DNA of 63,503 nt, counting the filler, from Patellaria atrata CBS 101060 (Eukaryota), in assembly GCA_010093705.1 (NCBI GenBank). It is 5 parts of 4 records of this genome, joined end to end, with 100 filler letters (N's around TTAATTAATTAA, not from the genome) between each part and the next. Parts side by side here need not be neighbours in the genome. Positions count along the whole stretch, not along the records: positions 18,655 to 44,769 come from MU006129.1; positions 44,870 to 56,614 come from MU006131.1; positions 56,715 to 62,383 come from MU006131.1; 2 more parts are not named here. One strand, given 5' to 3'. Below, in pieces: positions 43,801 through 57,009 of this stretch. The notes below the pieces were generated by a model. That model was not told the DNA's origin, ran no database searches, and was given only the letters and a program-made list of their open reading frames with translations. The position numbers and the translations under genes are program-made. Position 1 is the stretch's first letter. Every line of letters starts with the position of its first letter.

Positions 43801-44769
43801 TGGAATGAGGGGCGGTGGAAGGAAGCTGAAGAGCTGGAGGTGCAAGTGATGGAGACGAGGAAGAGGGTGCTTGGGCACGAACATCCAAATACACTGATCA
43901 GCATGGCCAACCTGGCGTCGACATACAGGAATCAGGGGCGGTGGAAGGAAGCCGAAGACCTAGACGTGCAAGTGATAGAGACGAGCAAGAGGGTGCTTGG
44001 GGACGAACATCCAAACACGCTGACCAGCATGACCAACCTGGCTTCGACGTACAGGAATCAGGGGCGGTGGAAGGAATCCGAAGAGCTGGAGGTGCAAGTG
44101 ATGGAGACGAAGAAGAGGGTGCTTGGGGACGAGCATCCAAACACGCTGACCAGCATGACCAACCTAGCTTCGACGTACAGGAATCAGGGGCGGTGGAAGG
44201 AAGCCGAAGATCTGGAGGTGCAAGTCATGAAGACGAGCAAGAGGGTGCTTGGGGACGAGCATCTAAACACGCTGACCAGCATGGCCAATCTGGCGTCGAC
44301 GTTTTGGAATCAGGGGCGGTGGAAGGAAGCTGAAGAGCTGGAGGTGCAAGTGATGGAGACGAGCAAAAGAGTGCTTGGGAATGAGCATCCAAACACGCTG
44401 ACCAGCATGGCCAACCTGGCGTCGACGTACAGGAATCAGGGGCGGTGGAAGGAAGCTGAAGATCTGGAGGTGCGAGTGGTGGAGACGAGCAAAAGGATGC
44501 GTGGGGACGAGCATCCAAACACGCTGACTAGCATGGCCAACCTGGCTTCGACGTACAGGAATCAGGGGCGGTGGAAGGAAGCCGAAGAACTGGAGGTGCA
44601 AGTGATGGAGACGATGAAGAGGGTGCTGGGGGACGAGCATCCAAACACGCTGACTAGCATGGCCAACCTGGCGTCGACGTACAGAAATCAGGGGCGGTGG
44701 AAGGAAGCCGAAGAGCTGGAGGTGCAAGTGATGGAGACGAGGAAGGTGGCGCTTGGGGACGAGCATCCA
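40822..44769 (+). CDS. Fungal NLR: HET domain - NB-ARC - TPR repeats (3' end truncated by the spacer)
   Basis: HET: PYAILSHRW, YFWIDTCCIDK, INSMFRWY, WFTRGWTLQEL. NOD: FVGRE, P-loop GPRGIGKS, Walker B LLIFDN, LPLAIVQAAAYI. Followed by 42-aa TPR repeats. Confidence 0.95.
42838..44769 (+). repeat. High-identity 126-bp tandem TPR repeats, 15 complete units plus a partial 16th
   Basis: Consensus VMETxKRVLGDEHPNTLTSMANLASTYRNQGRWKEAEELEVQ. Confidence 0.97.
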
Positions 44770-44869
44770 NNNNNNNNNNNNNNNNNNNNNNNNNNNNNNN
44801 NNNNNNNNNNNNNTTAATTAATTAANNNNNNNNNNNNNNNNNNNNNNNNNNNNNNNNNNNNNNNNNNNN
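44770..44869. other. Artificial contig spacer
   Basis: 44 N + TTAATTAATTAA + 44 N. Confidence 0.97.
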
Positions 44870-44971
44870 AGGTGCCGGATAAACTCGTGGTCTTCGGTCT
44901 TGATACTCTCAAGCACCGGGTTGGAATATTATGTCGCCTTTCCAAGGCCGTGGTGGTAGAACTTAATCTAA

Positions 44972-45161
44972 TGTGACGGCGTAGCGGTTGTAGAGAATCG
45001 AATTGGATTGTAACTAGTATAACCTAACTACAGTGTAAAGAGATTAAGTTAAGGAAAGAAGAAGTTATAGTCGCGCGATCTACTAGTATCAAGCACGTAG
45101 CGGTAGAACCTCGGCGCGACTACTACTAATAAGGGAAAGTAGGAAATGATAATCTGTGACA
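44972..45161 (-). repeat. Possible Gypsy-type LTR (about 190 bp)
   Basis: Termini TGTGACGG...CTGTGACA bound a moderately GC-rich segment next to the RIP relic. No second copy is in the window. Confidence 0.4.
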
Positions 45162-45164
45162 TCG

Positions 45165-48100
45165 TCATAATACTATTATTTTAAACTTTTTTTTATTATT
45201 TAATAATAGATTTTTATCTTCTTTAAGTCTATTTTAGATTAAAGAATTAATTTTATATAAACTTATAACTTTAATAATTATATTTAATCTCTAAATATTT
45301 TATAGATAATCTTTAATACTAATTATATAAATATTTAACTTTATTTTAAATATATTAATATATTAATTTACTTTTAATTTCTTTAAAAGTTTTAAGGTCT
45401 TTTTTTCTATTATATTTAATAGCTTTATCTTTATTTTTTATATATTTAAATTTAGTTCTCGTCTTCATAATCTCGATTATTTTTATTTAAATAATATAGA
45501 CTTTTCCTTTTATTTAATCTTAATCTTTAAATATTATATCTTTTATTTATTAAATATTTTATCTCTTTATTTTATATTAACTTAGTGAATTAAATCTATT
45601 ATAATCTATAATTTTCTCTTTAATATTATAATATCTTATTACTAGTTCTCGATCGTTATAGTCTATAATAATTAGAAGATTATATTATATTTATAGTTTA
45701 ATAAATTATCTATTTTTAAGAATTACTCTCTTCTAATTAATATATTAATATAATCTATATTAATTACTAAAATAGGAGTTTTCTATTATTTACTAATAAA
45801 TATAAGATTAACTTTAACTATCTCGTCGATTAATTTTATTATTAAATTATTAAAACCTTTTATATTAATATATAATATTTTCTTTAATTTAATATCTAGT
45901 TATTATTTTAATATAAATAATTATTTTCTATTTAAAAGAGTATATCTTTAAACTTTTATATTAATTAAGGCTTTAAATTATATTATAATTCTATTTCTTA
46001 ATATTTAATATAATATAATAAAAGATTTCTTTATAATTAAATCGTTTATTAATACTTTTAATACTTTTACTAATAATTTTAAAGTAAAGTCTTTACTTAA
46101 AGTTTTTTATTTTCTAGTTTTAATTTTTAGCTTAACTTATTTTACTCTATTTAAGTTAATTTAACCTTAACTATTTTTCTTTATATTCGATAATTAGTTA
46201 ATTAATACCCCGGTTTATTATAATTAAAGTAATTTTCTATAAACTTTTAAACTATTATAATACTTTAATTTATTAATTATTATAGAGAAATAATTATATT
46301 TAAAACTTTATTTAATTATTAAATTATAGTTTTACTCGTTATTATAATATTTAAAGTTATTTTAATAATTTTATATTTTTATTATTTCTTTTATCGTTTT
46401 TTTAACTCTTAACTTTATTTCTTTAAACTTTATATTTAAAGTATTATTTATTAATAAAACTTTTTAAAATTAATATTATTATTTATTATATCTAATATTA
46501 TAATCTATTATAAAGAATTATATAACTTCTTATAAATCTTTTTTTTCTATTAGTTTTTAGATAACTTAATCTTTATAATTAAATAAATAAAGTTTAATTA
46601 AAATTTTATAAAGTTTATTAAATAACTTTAATTTAACTTTCTTAATTTATCTTTAATCTTAAGATATTTATTAGAATCTTTATAAATCTAGTAAATAAAT
46701 TTAAATAAATTTTTAAATATAATAATTTTATTATTTTCTATTTTTAACTCTAGATATAAATATATTTAGTTAATTAATTATTTATTTATTCTCGTTTTAA
46801 TATATATTATCTAATCTCTATTTATTAGATATTAATTAATATTATATTTAAGTTTATTTATTAATTAACTTTTCTATATTTAATAAATTAAATCTTTACT
46901 ATTAATTAATATAAATAAATTAGGAAATTTATTTAATTTATTATTTTTATTTTTTAAGATTCTCGCGTTTTCTATTATATCTTTTATTATAATATAGTTA
47001 GTTTAGTTCTAGTTAATCTATATTTATATTAGTTAATTATGTAAAACTTAATTCTTATTTTAAAGATTTTTTATAATCTTTTTATTAACTTTATATATAG
47101 CTATTTTCTATATTATCTCTTTATAATATTATTTAATTATTCCGGTTAATATCTTTATTTACTTCTTATAGATTATTAATTATAATAAACTTTATAAATA
47201 TTTTTTTATAAAATTATTTAAATTATTTTATAATATTTATTTAATATCTTTAATATTATTAATATATTTTTAATTTAAAATAATTTTATATTTTAATTTC
47301 TATCGTTTATATTTATTCTTATATTATTATAATATATTTTAAAGATCCTCCTTAAATATTTTCTCTATAATTAATATATTAATTAACGCGACTTTTAAGA
47401 AATATTAATTATATTTAATATTTTTCCCTTTTAATTTAATATTATATTTTATAATAAAGTAGTCTATAAATTTAATATCTTTTATAATATTTTTCTATAT
47501 TATTATTTTTAATAATCTAATTATTTTATAATAATTTATTTATTATTAGTCTTAATACTCTCGAGTATTAGATAAACTTATAATCTTTAATCTTAATATT
47601 TTTAAATATTAAGTTTCTTTTATTATTATCGATTTTAATACTTTTAAATATTAAATAAACTTATAATCTTTAATTTTAATATTTATAAACGGTCTTTAAT
47701 AATTATATTTTAATTATTTAATCTAAATACTATTTATAATTAAGATAAAATAAAAAAGAAAAGTCTAAAAATAAATTTAAAAAAAATATTATTAGTTAAT
47801 CTTTAAATATAAAATATATTTATATTATTAAATTTTAATTTATTATATTATCTTTCTTCTCTTTTTCTTTAAAATTTATCTATATTTCTAGTCTTTTAAT
47901 ATTTTTAAATTTTAATTTATAGTTTTTAGATATTTATTTTATAAATATTTTTAACTAATTTTTAAGTTAACTTTATATAATTAATTTATTTTATCTTAAT
48001 TTCTTTAATATTTTTTCTTTTAACTTTTATAAATCTTTTATCTATAATTTATTCTATTAATTATATTTATTCTTTATTTATTAATAATAAACTCGGCTAA

Positions 48101-49000
48101 AAATTATTAATTTATTATAATAGTAAAGAATTATTTAATATTAAATATAATAAATTTATATAAAATATTAGATAAATCTTTTTAAGAATATTAAATTAAT
48201 ATAAATAAAAATTTATTTATTTAATAATTTAATACTTTAAGTATAATTATAATAACTTATTATAATATTAGTCTTATTTCTATATTTAATAAATTTATAT
48301 AAGATTTTAACTAGTTTAAATATAAAAGAGATTTTATAACTATAATTAATTAAATAAAAGATAATTAGATTAAGATTTAATAAAATAAAATTATTATAAA
48401 TAAATATTTAATTTATAATATAATTATTTCTTAACTTAATCTTTATATTTAGTAGTTAATAATAGAGATAATTAAAATATAATTATTATAACTATATTAT
48501 ATTATTATATTAAATTAAGTTCTTCTTTAATAGCCTTTAAAAAGATAATATAATATTTTAACTAAAGTATAATATTAGTCTATAACTAAAGTATAATATT
48601 AGTTTAACTAATAAATAATTATTAAATTAATTAGAAATTTATAAATAATTAAACTTTATTAATAATAAAATATTTAATATTTAAAAATATTAATATTAAT
48701 AATAATAATTTAATACTTAAAAGAGATTAAGATTAATAAATATAAATTACTTAAAAAAGTAAATATTATAATAAATTAAATAAAATAATTAAATCTTTAA
48801 TAATTTTAATAAAATAGATAAATAATAAATTAATTATAAATTTAGAAGTAAAAAATAATATTAAATTAAAAGAAAAAGGAAAAATATATTAATATAAATT
48901 AATATTAAAAATAATCGACTAATAAATTATTAATAATATTTTAAAAGTGAATTTATAGAATTTATTAAAAGAAATTTTTAGAATAATAGAAGAAAGAAAG
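45165..49000. repeat. Extremely AT-rich, heavily RIP-mutated transposon relic
   Basis: CpA/TpG almost absent and TpA in excess; surviving C/G mostly in CG, CT or AG contexts. Confidence 0.85.
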
Positions 49001-52000
49001 TTTTTTAAATATATCGCTATTATAAATAATTAAAATATCGATATAATTAATAAAATAAAGAAATAAATAGTTAAAAATCTAGATTAATTTATAATAAAGT
49101 ATCTCTATATAAGAGTAAAGTTTATAATTTAAAAGATATAATTTAAAAAGATAATAAATCTTATTAATAAGATAATATTTAACTTATAGTTAAAACTATA
49201 AATATAATAAGCGAATAAAGAAGTTATAAAATATCTTTAAAATAAAATTAATAATCTAAAAAAATAGATTAAATAATTTAAACTAAATTAAAGAAATATT
49301 TAGTTTAATAATAAATTTAATAATAAAGAACTATTAATATTATATAATTATAATAATTAAGTTAAAATAGTCGATTTAACTAAAAGCTTTAAAAGTAGAA
49401 GCGATAATAAAATAAAGAAATTCTCTAATCTATTAAAATTAATCGATAATAAGAAGCTAATTTATAAAGAATAAAAGAATAAAATAAATAATAAACTTTA
49501 TATTAATAGCGATTAATTCTAAGATAAAAGGACGAAGACTATTTATATTAAAATATAGATTAATAACGAGGTAGTTAAATATATATACTCTTTCTTAAAA
49601 TTAAAGAAGAACGATATAACTTTAATAAAGTTAATAAGATTTCTAGACTAGATTTATAAGGACCTAAATAGGCGATTAAAAGCTAGAGACGAACTAAAGG
49701 AGTTAAGATAAGGCTATCTAGCGGACTTTTTAAAGTTCTAGTCTACGTTTATCCGGCTAGCTAATGAAGCTAGGTTATCACGCGACTAGTGGAAAGAGGA
49801 ACTCCACGATAGACTCTACGATAGTCTAAGGCTAACAATGGCGGAAGCCGTGGGTAACGACGAAATTAGCTTCTAGAAGTACTATAGTAAAGCCACGACG
49901 TAGGCACGAGAGCTAGAAAGGTTAGGCAAAGCTAGTAAGGCCCGTAGAGAGAGTTAGAAGCGTGGTAAACCGACTAGAATAACTTCCACCTTAATAACGA
50001 TGAATAGAACTTTATACCGATTAGGGAGCGGAGGAACCACCCCACCCATAACACTATAAGTGACGGAGCAGACCATAACTATTCGGAAGTTTACGGGTAA
50101 CTGCTTCAACTACGGCAAGGCCGGACATAGAGCGTTGGAATGCCGAGGACCAAAGAAGATAACCGAAGTAAAGTCGGTCCAGAAAGACGAGCATCAGAGC
50201 TCAAAGTCCGATTCAGGGTTAGATTCGGAAAACGAGAAACCATGAGTAGAGACTCCGCATTAGGGCTAATAGTAGGAGCACTAGCAACACCGATCAGCGA
50301 TCCGGTATTAGAAAAGCCATTCACGATACCGTGCCGAATCTCGAAGAACGGAATCGTAATACAGCTTAGGGCCCTAATCGACACTAGAGCTTAAGGGTAT
50401 GCCCTATTGAATAAAAGATGGCTACCCGCTCTAAAACAACGCCTCGGAATCGAAGTTAGAAAGATAGACTAGGAGATCGAAGTCAATACATTCAATAATT
50501 CGAAGGTAGCACCAATTAACCAAGTACTCGAGGCGAGCCTCGTGATTGGAGGACGAAGGTGGCCAACACCGATCATGGTGACGGATACGGGCCACAATGA
50601 CATACTCATAGGCAAGGAGTGGTTCTCCAAGACTGGTGGCCTACCTGATTGCAGGCACCATCGGATTGTTTGGCCGGAATGGGCTACTGCAGTTGAAGAC
50701 CAGCAACGAGACATCGTGATTCCGAAGAGCGAGCTGCGAACCCAAACTGACCCACAGCACCAATTCGACATGGAACGACGAGACAAAGCCATCGATGAAC
50801 GAGAACGCAACCGACAGAAAGCATTAGTTAACCAGAGGAGGAAACCGTAACTATTCCAATGGAAGCAACCGAGTTCATGGGCTAAGAACGTCGGCTCCGA
50901 TCTCCGAAAGATGAAATTAGAACTATCGGACCTAACGGAGAGGGAGACGCCGGAACTCTCTAAAAAGCCGAAGCCGAAGCCGAGTAAGCGGGTCAATGTT
51001 ACCGGGATCTATATGAATATCTGCTTAGTTAGCGGAGAGAACTACCTACGGAATGTAAAGCGTAAACATGTCGTTATAGGCGCCACGAGCCTACACGAGA
51101 TTAACTCCTTAATATAAGATCGACTTACGGAAGACGAAGACCCTCTAGACGAAGACGAAGACGCCCATAGGGCGATGATCTACGAGAAGCTACCTAAGGA
51201 GTACCATCACTTGGCCCACGTGTTCTCAAAATCCGCATCAGACAAACTACCACCGTTCAGAGAAGGTGTAGACCACGATATAGTGCTAGACTAAGATAGT
51301 AACCTCACTACTAGCCCCTTATATAACATGCCCATTAAGCACTTACAATTAGCGAAAGACTACCTAGAAGAGCATCTCTAGAAGGGGTTTATCGTTCCGA
51401 GCGAAGCATTATACGCGTCTCCAGTGCTATTCGCTAAGAAGCTAGGAGGTGGCTAGAGATTTTACGTCGACTATCGGAAGCTAAACAGCATCACGAAGAA
51501 GGATAAATACCCGTTACCATTGATCGAAGAGACACTAACACGACTGCAGCGAGCCAAGATCTTTACCAAACTAGACGTGAGATAAGCATTCTACCGGATT
51601 CGGATAAAAGAGATAGCTGAAGACCTCACCACATTCCGAACGAGATACGGATCGTTTAAATATAAGGTACTACCGTTCGGGTTATATAATGGGCCGGCCT
51701 CGTTTCAACGGTTCATCAATAAAGCACTCTTTGATTACTTAGACGACTTCTACACGGTATACGTCGACGATATCTTGATCTACTCTACGTGCCCGTTAGA
51801 ATATAAGATTCACGTCACCAAAGTATTAAAAGTATTGGCAAAAGCCGGCCTGCAAGCCGATATAAAGAAGAGCGAGTTCCACGTAACGAAAACCAAATTC
51901 CTGGGGTTTATTATCAGCACCGACGGAATAGCAATGGACCNNNNNNNNNNNNNNNNNNNNNNNNNNNNNNNNNNNNNNNNNNNNNNNNNNNNNNNNNNNN

Positions 52001-53269
52001 NNNNNNNNNNNNNNNNNNNNNNNNNNNNNNNNNNNNNNNNNNNNNNNNNNNNNNNNNNNNNNNNNNNNNNNNNNNNNNNNNNNNNNNNNNNNNNNNNNNN
52101 NNNNNNNNNNNNNNNNNNNNNNNNNNNNNNNNNNNNNNNNNNNNNNNNNNNNNNNNNNNNNNNNNNNNNNNNNNNNNNNNNNNNNNNNNNNNNNNNNNNN
52201 NNNNNNNNNNNNNNNNNNNNNNNNNNNNNNNNNNNNNNNNNNNNNNNNNNNNNNNNNNNNNNNNNNNNNNNNNNNNNNNNNNNNNNNNNNNNNNNNNNNN
52301 NNNNNNNNNNNNNNNNNNNNNNNNNNNNNNNNNNNNNNNNNNNNNNNNNNNNNNNNNNNNNNNNNNNNNNNNNNNNNNNNNNNNNNNNNNNNNNNNNNNN
52401 NNNNNNNNNNNNNNNNNNNNNNNNNNNNNNNNNNNNNNNNNNNNNNNNNNNNNNNNNNNNNNNNNNNNNNNNNNNNNNNNNNNNNNNNNNNNNNNNNNNN
52501 NNNNNNNNNNNNNNNNNNNNNNNNNNNNNNNNNNNNNNNNNNNNNNNNNNNNNNNNNNNNNNNNNNNNNNNNNNNNNNNNNNNNNNNNNNNNNNNNNNNN
52601 NNNNNNNNNNNNNNNNNNNNNNNNNNNNNNNNNNNNNNNNNNNNNNNNNNNNNNNNNNNNNNNNNNNNNNNNNNNNNNNNNNNNNNNNNNNNNNNNNNNN
52701 NNNNNNNNNNNNNNNNNNNNNNNNNNNNNNNNNNNNNNNNNNNNNNNNNNNNNNNNNNNNNNNNNNNNNNTGATCACTGACCATAGAGCACTGGAATACT
52801 TCACCACGAAACGGTTACTCAATGCTCGACAAGCCCGATGGAGTGAAACCCTATCCGATTTCCACTTCCGAATCACGTACCGGCCCGGAGCCCAGAACGT
52901 CGTCGCGGACGCGCTTTCACGTAAGCAAGAGGACCTGAAGACGGCAAAAGATAAAGACATTGCGGCACGGACCTAGGTGCTAATCGACCCGAATATAATG
53001 GTAGCACCCCTCCAGTTCTTTACAAAACAATAACCACTATCTAAGAAGATATCTCAGAATAGCAGAAAACGTGTAGCCTCCGAAGAAGAAAAGGAGGTCA
53101 GGTTTCAAGAGGAAGAAAGGGAGGATATACCCACAGATTCGGAGCGGCATGTCCAAAACGAGCTCGGTCGGAACCAGGAACCGTTAGCAACATACCTACT
53201 AGTGGACCGGATCTTAGAAGTAAACAGGAAGCATGACTCTCTATCGGTATACCGAAAGTAAGCCGAAGC
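49000..53269 (+). mobile_element. Ty3/Gypsy retrotransposon, RIP-damaged and interrupted by a Copia at 53270; start approximate
   Basis: Gag knuckle CFNYGKAGHRALEC, protease ALIDTRA, RT motifs (ASPVLF, VDYRKLN, LPFGL, YVDDILIYS) and RNase H end TDHRALEYF...RQARW. Many TAG/TAA stops. Confidence 0.9.
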
Positions 53270-53606
53270 TGTGAGATTGTGGGTAACTGAATGTAGTCGC
53301 TTCATTCTCCGTACAACTACGGATTCTATCTAGTGTTTATATAATGACAGACCACCTTATTGATTAACCCTTTGACGTCACGAAGCCTAGCTACGTAATC
53401 TCCAAATCAAGGCGAACATAACGATACTACCTACGTCAGATATAAAATAAGAGATGACATCAAAAGAGTGAGCTAATGTTATAGTTTTGGTGATACTTAA
53501 CCGATAAGTCGGAGCTGAGCATTTAGCTCTGAAGATCTCCAACACGAACTCCTGGAGATCCTGACGATCTTCCAACATAAGGCTATCGGGGATCAGCCAT
53601 CTGACA
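53270..53606 (-). repeat. 3' LTR (337 bp, family C)
   Basis: TGTCAGAT...ATCTCACA on the minus strand. Near-identical copy at 56715-57009. Confidence 0.93.
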
Positions 53607-56600
53607 CACCCTTCCAGCTCGAGGAGCTTGGGGATAGCTACTCGGGCTGAACCGTAGTCCTAATGGTGTTTTAGGTGGAGATGGAGAGATTTCGAGAGGT
53701 GTTCTTATGCTTTCTCCTCTGTTCGTGTTCATGGATATGATGCTCGATATCAGCCATTCCAAGCTGTTTGAGAAAGGATTCGTGGTTCTGACGACCAAGA
53801 AGCTTTGTGAAGCCGTCAGCTGGCATTTCAGTCGTAGATCTCCACTCCAATCTGATACGTCCGGACTGAACTTCCTGTCGTAGCCAGTGCTGGTGGATAT
53901 CCACGTGTTTGAGCTTTGTTGTCAGCTGAGGCGTGTCAGCCTTAAGGAGACGTAAAGTCTGTTGGTTATCGCATAAAATCGAGATTTGATGCTCTGGATC
54001 AAAAGAGATTCCATTGAAAAGGCGTTGCCAAGCAATGAGCTCTCTGGCAGTCAGAGATAGAGCTAGAAGCTCAGCTTCAGTGCTTGACGTAGTGACTGTA
54101 TCTTGTTTTGTAGCTTTCCAATCGATTGGTCCACCGAATAGTGAAAAAAGATACCCTTGAGAGCTCTTTCGATCTACGGAATCATCTGCAAAAGAGGCGT
54201 CACTTGCAGAGATGAAAATGGAGCCATCTGATTGGTTAGAATATTCCAAAGCTAGATGTCTGGTGCTATATAGATATGCTAGAGCTTGTTTTGCAGCATC
54301 GATATGCTTGTCTGACGGATTAGTCAGATATTTGGACAGCTCAGAAGCCGCTCTAGCAACATCTGGTCTCGTGGACGTGGCTGGCCAGTTGATGGATCCA
54401 ACTAGCTGCTGATAGTGGTGAATCTGAGATTGAGATGCTTGAGTCGTAGAGCGTCTCAAAGGCTCAATAGGTAGAGNNNNNNNNNNNNNNNNNNNNNNNN
54501 NNNNNNNNNNNNNNNNNNNNNNNNNNNNNNNNNNNNNNNNNNNNNNNNNNNNNNNNNNNNNNNNNNNNNNNNNNNNNNNNNNNNNNNNNNNNNNNNNNNN
54601 NNNNNNNNNNNNNNNNNNNNNNNNNNNNNNNNNNNNNNNNNNNNNNNNNNNNNNNNNNNNNNNNNNNNNNNNNNNNNNNNNNNNNNNNNNNNNNNNNNNN
54701 NNNNNNNNNNNNNNNNNNNNNNNNNNNNNNNNNNNNNNNNNNNNNNNNNNNNNNNNNNNNNNNNNNNNNNNNNNNNNNNNNNNNNNNNNNNNNNNNNNNN
54801 NNNNNNNNNNNNNNNNNNNNNNNNNNNNNNNNNNNNNNNNNNNNNNNNNNNNNNNNNNNNNNNNNNNNNNNNNNNNNNNNNNNNNNNNNNNNNNNNNNNN
54901 NNNNNNNNNNNNNNNNNNNNNNNNNNNNNNNNNNNNNNNNNNNNNNNNNNNNNNNNNNNNNNNNNNNNNNNNNNNNNNNNNNNNNNNNNNNNNNNNNNNN
55001 NNNNNNNNNNNNNNNNNNNNNNNNNNNNNNNNNNNNNNNNNNNNNNNNNNNNNNNNNNNNNNNNNNNNNNNNNNNNNNNNNNNNNNNNNNNNNNNNNNNN
55101 NNNNNNNNNNNNNNNNNNNNNNNNNNNNNNNNNNNNNNNNNNNNNNNNNNNNNNNNNNNNNNNNNNNNNNNNNNNNNNNNNNNNNNNNNNNNNNNNNNNN
55201 NNNNNNTTGTGCTCCGTCTGGAAGCTCAGATCTCCTTTCAATAGTAAACGTGCCACGATTTTGAAGCTCGTTATACTCACGAGTAGCTGCAGATAGCCAA
55301 TCGTCACGATACTGGTGGCTCAATACACCCTTCCAGCGAGACGGTACGGGGGGGAGCTGACTTCGGTGAATCCGGTTGGTTGGCTGAATCTCCTTTTTAA
55401 GGGAGGTGAGGAAAGAGGTGAACAATGCATGGTGGGTGGTACGACCTCTACGGCGCTTACCAGTCAATATATTTGACTCATCAAATTCAGACGATATCTG
55501 ATTAGCTCGAGGGGCTTTGTTATGAGTACGACGAGTGCTTATTGTTATATTTTCACCAATGGAGGAGCTTGGTGACTGATCCCGAGCTTTTTCGGTATCC
55601 CTAGCCGGCCCCTGAGCAGTGTCCTGGACAAGCTGGTTTGACGGATCATATGATGGATCCTCAGAGTCCGAAACAGCATCTGGTGTCGGTTGTGGCGAAG
55701 GCAGGTATGCTCTGGACGACTTTTCAGTGTCTTGAAGGGGAGTATTACTCAACGGTAGAGTAGCTGTAGATAGTATAGGATCTGTGGTTCCTATCGGATT
55801 ATCATTATCCAAGATCACCGGATATTCCGCCTGCATCGCTTTTGCTCGGAGACTTGGTGGTATCTCGAGTATATCGATCACTTCTGTCGTGGATTCCTTG
55901 AGCAGGTGACCGATATCAATATCTCGAGGATTGTAAAGTGAATTTTCGTCAAAACGAACGTCTCTGGAGGAGAACACACGCCTCAAACTAGGCACCCAAA
56001 TACGGAAGATATTTGATGAGTCGTAGCCAACCAAATATCCAATGTGAGCACGTGGATCAAGTTTTTGAAGCCTGGGGATGTTTTTGTTCAAAACGTAGGC
56101 TTTACAGCCATATACCCGTAGGTGACTAAGATCGGGCTTCCTACCAGTGACGAGCTCAAAAGGGGTCTTCCAATTGAGCCTTTTTGTCGGTGTTCTGTTC
56201 AGCAGATACACGGCTGTGTGTATCGGCTCAGGCCAGATATCGTGTGGAAGTTGAGCACCAACACGTAAGCCTCTGCTTCTCAAAATAATCACCCTTCCAG
56301 AGGACTCAGCTCCTGCATTCTAAGCAGGAGTATAGGGAGCTGAGGGTTCTGAAATTCCTCCTATGGCAGCAAGTTCGTCATAGAACTCGTTAGTAAGTGC
56401 TGACTCACCATCTCGTTCAAGATAGACGACGGTATATCCGAATTGAGCCAAAATCCGGGCGACGTAGTTCTTGCAAATTTGAACAATATCGCTTTTCCTT
56501 ACGTGGGCGACAGCTTCGTGCCATCCAGTGAAGCGATCATAAAAGTGGGTAAGGTATTTACACCCATTGTAAGCTTCTTTCAAGTAAATCATATCAACGG

Positions 56601-56614
56601 CCACTCTCTCGAAT
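53270..56614 (-). mobile_element. Ty1/Copia element, 3' half (integrase, RT gap, RNase H, PPT, 3' LTR), nested in the Gypsy
   Basis: ORFs 56320-56604 and 53671-56292 are one frame split by a single TAG (PYTPA*NAGAE). PPT AGCTGGAAGGGTG; LTR 53270-53606. Confidence 0.95.
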
Positions 56615-56714
56615 NNNNNNNNNNNNNNNNNNNNNNNNNNNNNNNNNNNNNNNNNNNNTTAATTAATTAANNNNNNNNNNNNNNNNNNNNNNNNNNNNNN
56701 NNNNNNNNNNNNNN
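56615..56714. other. Artificial contig spacer
   Basis: 44 N + TTAATTAATTAA + 44 N. Confidence 0.97.
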
Positions 56715-57009
56715 TACAACTACGGATTCTATCTAGTGTTTATATAATGACAGACCACCTTATTGATTAACCCTTTGACGTCACGAAGCCTAGCTACGTA
56801 ATCTCCAAATCAAGGCGAACATAACGATACTACCTACGTCAGATATAAAATAAGAGATGACATCAAAAGAGTGAGCTAATGTTATAGTTTTGGTGATACT
56901 TAACCGATAAGTCGGAGCTGAGCATTTAGCTCTGAAGATCTCCAACACGAACTCCTGGAGATCCTGACGATCTTCCAACATAAGGCTATCGGGGATCAGC
57001 TATCTGACA
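56715..57009 (-). repeat. Family-C LTR (partial) inserted in a Gypsy gag
   Basis: Near-identical to 53312-53606; flank is GATAG. Confidence 0.92.

Noticed and set aside
42890..44766. Repetitive antisense and alternate-frame ORFs over the TPR array
   Set aside because: They are shadows of the coding repeat with no independent evidence.
42838..44769. Regular repeat array as a CRISPR or non-coding satellite
   Set aside because: The units are 126-bp in-frame coding TPR repeats with no unique spacers, in a eukaryotic gene.
45165..49000. AT-rich block as mitochondrial insertion or centromere
   Set aside because: No mitochondrial genes are recognisable. The dinucleotide pattern and the gradual transition into a Gypsy fit RIP. 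Centromere identity cannot be judged from sequence alone.
51775..55307. Long ORFs of 283-348 aa in the ORF track
   Set aside because: They consist mostly of X translated from N gaps.
53270..57009. One complete Copia bounded by two LTRs
   Set aside because: No TSD (GAAGC vs GATAG), gag and protease are missing, a spacer intervenes, and the flanking Gypsy hosts differ.
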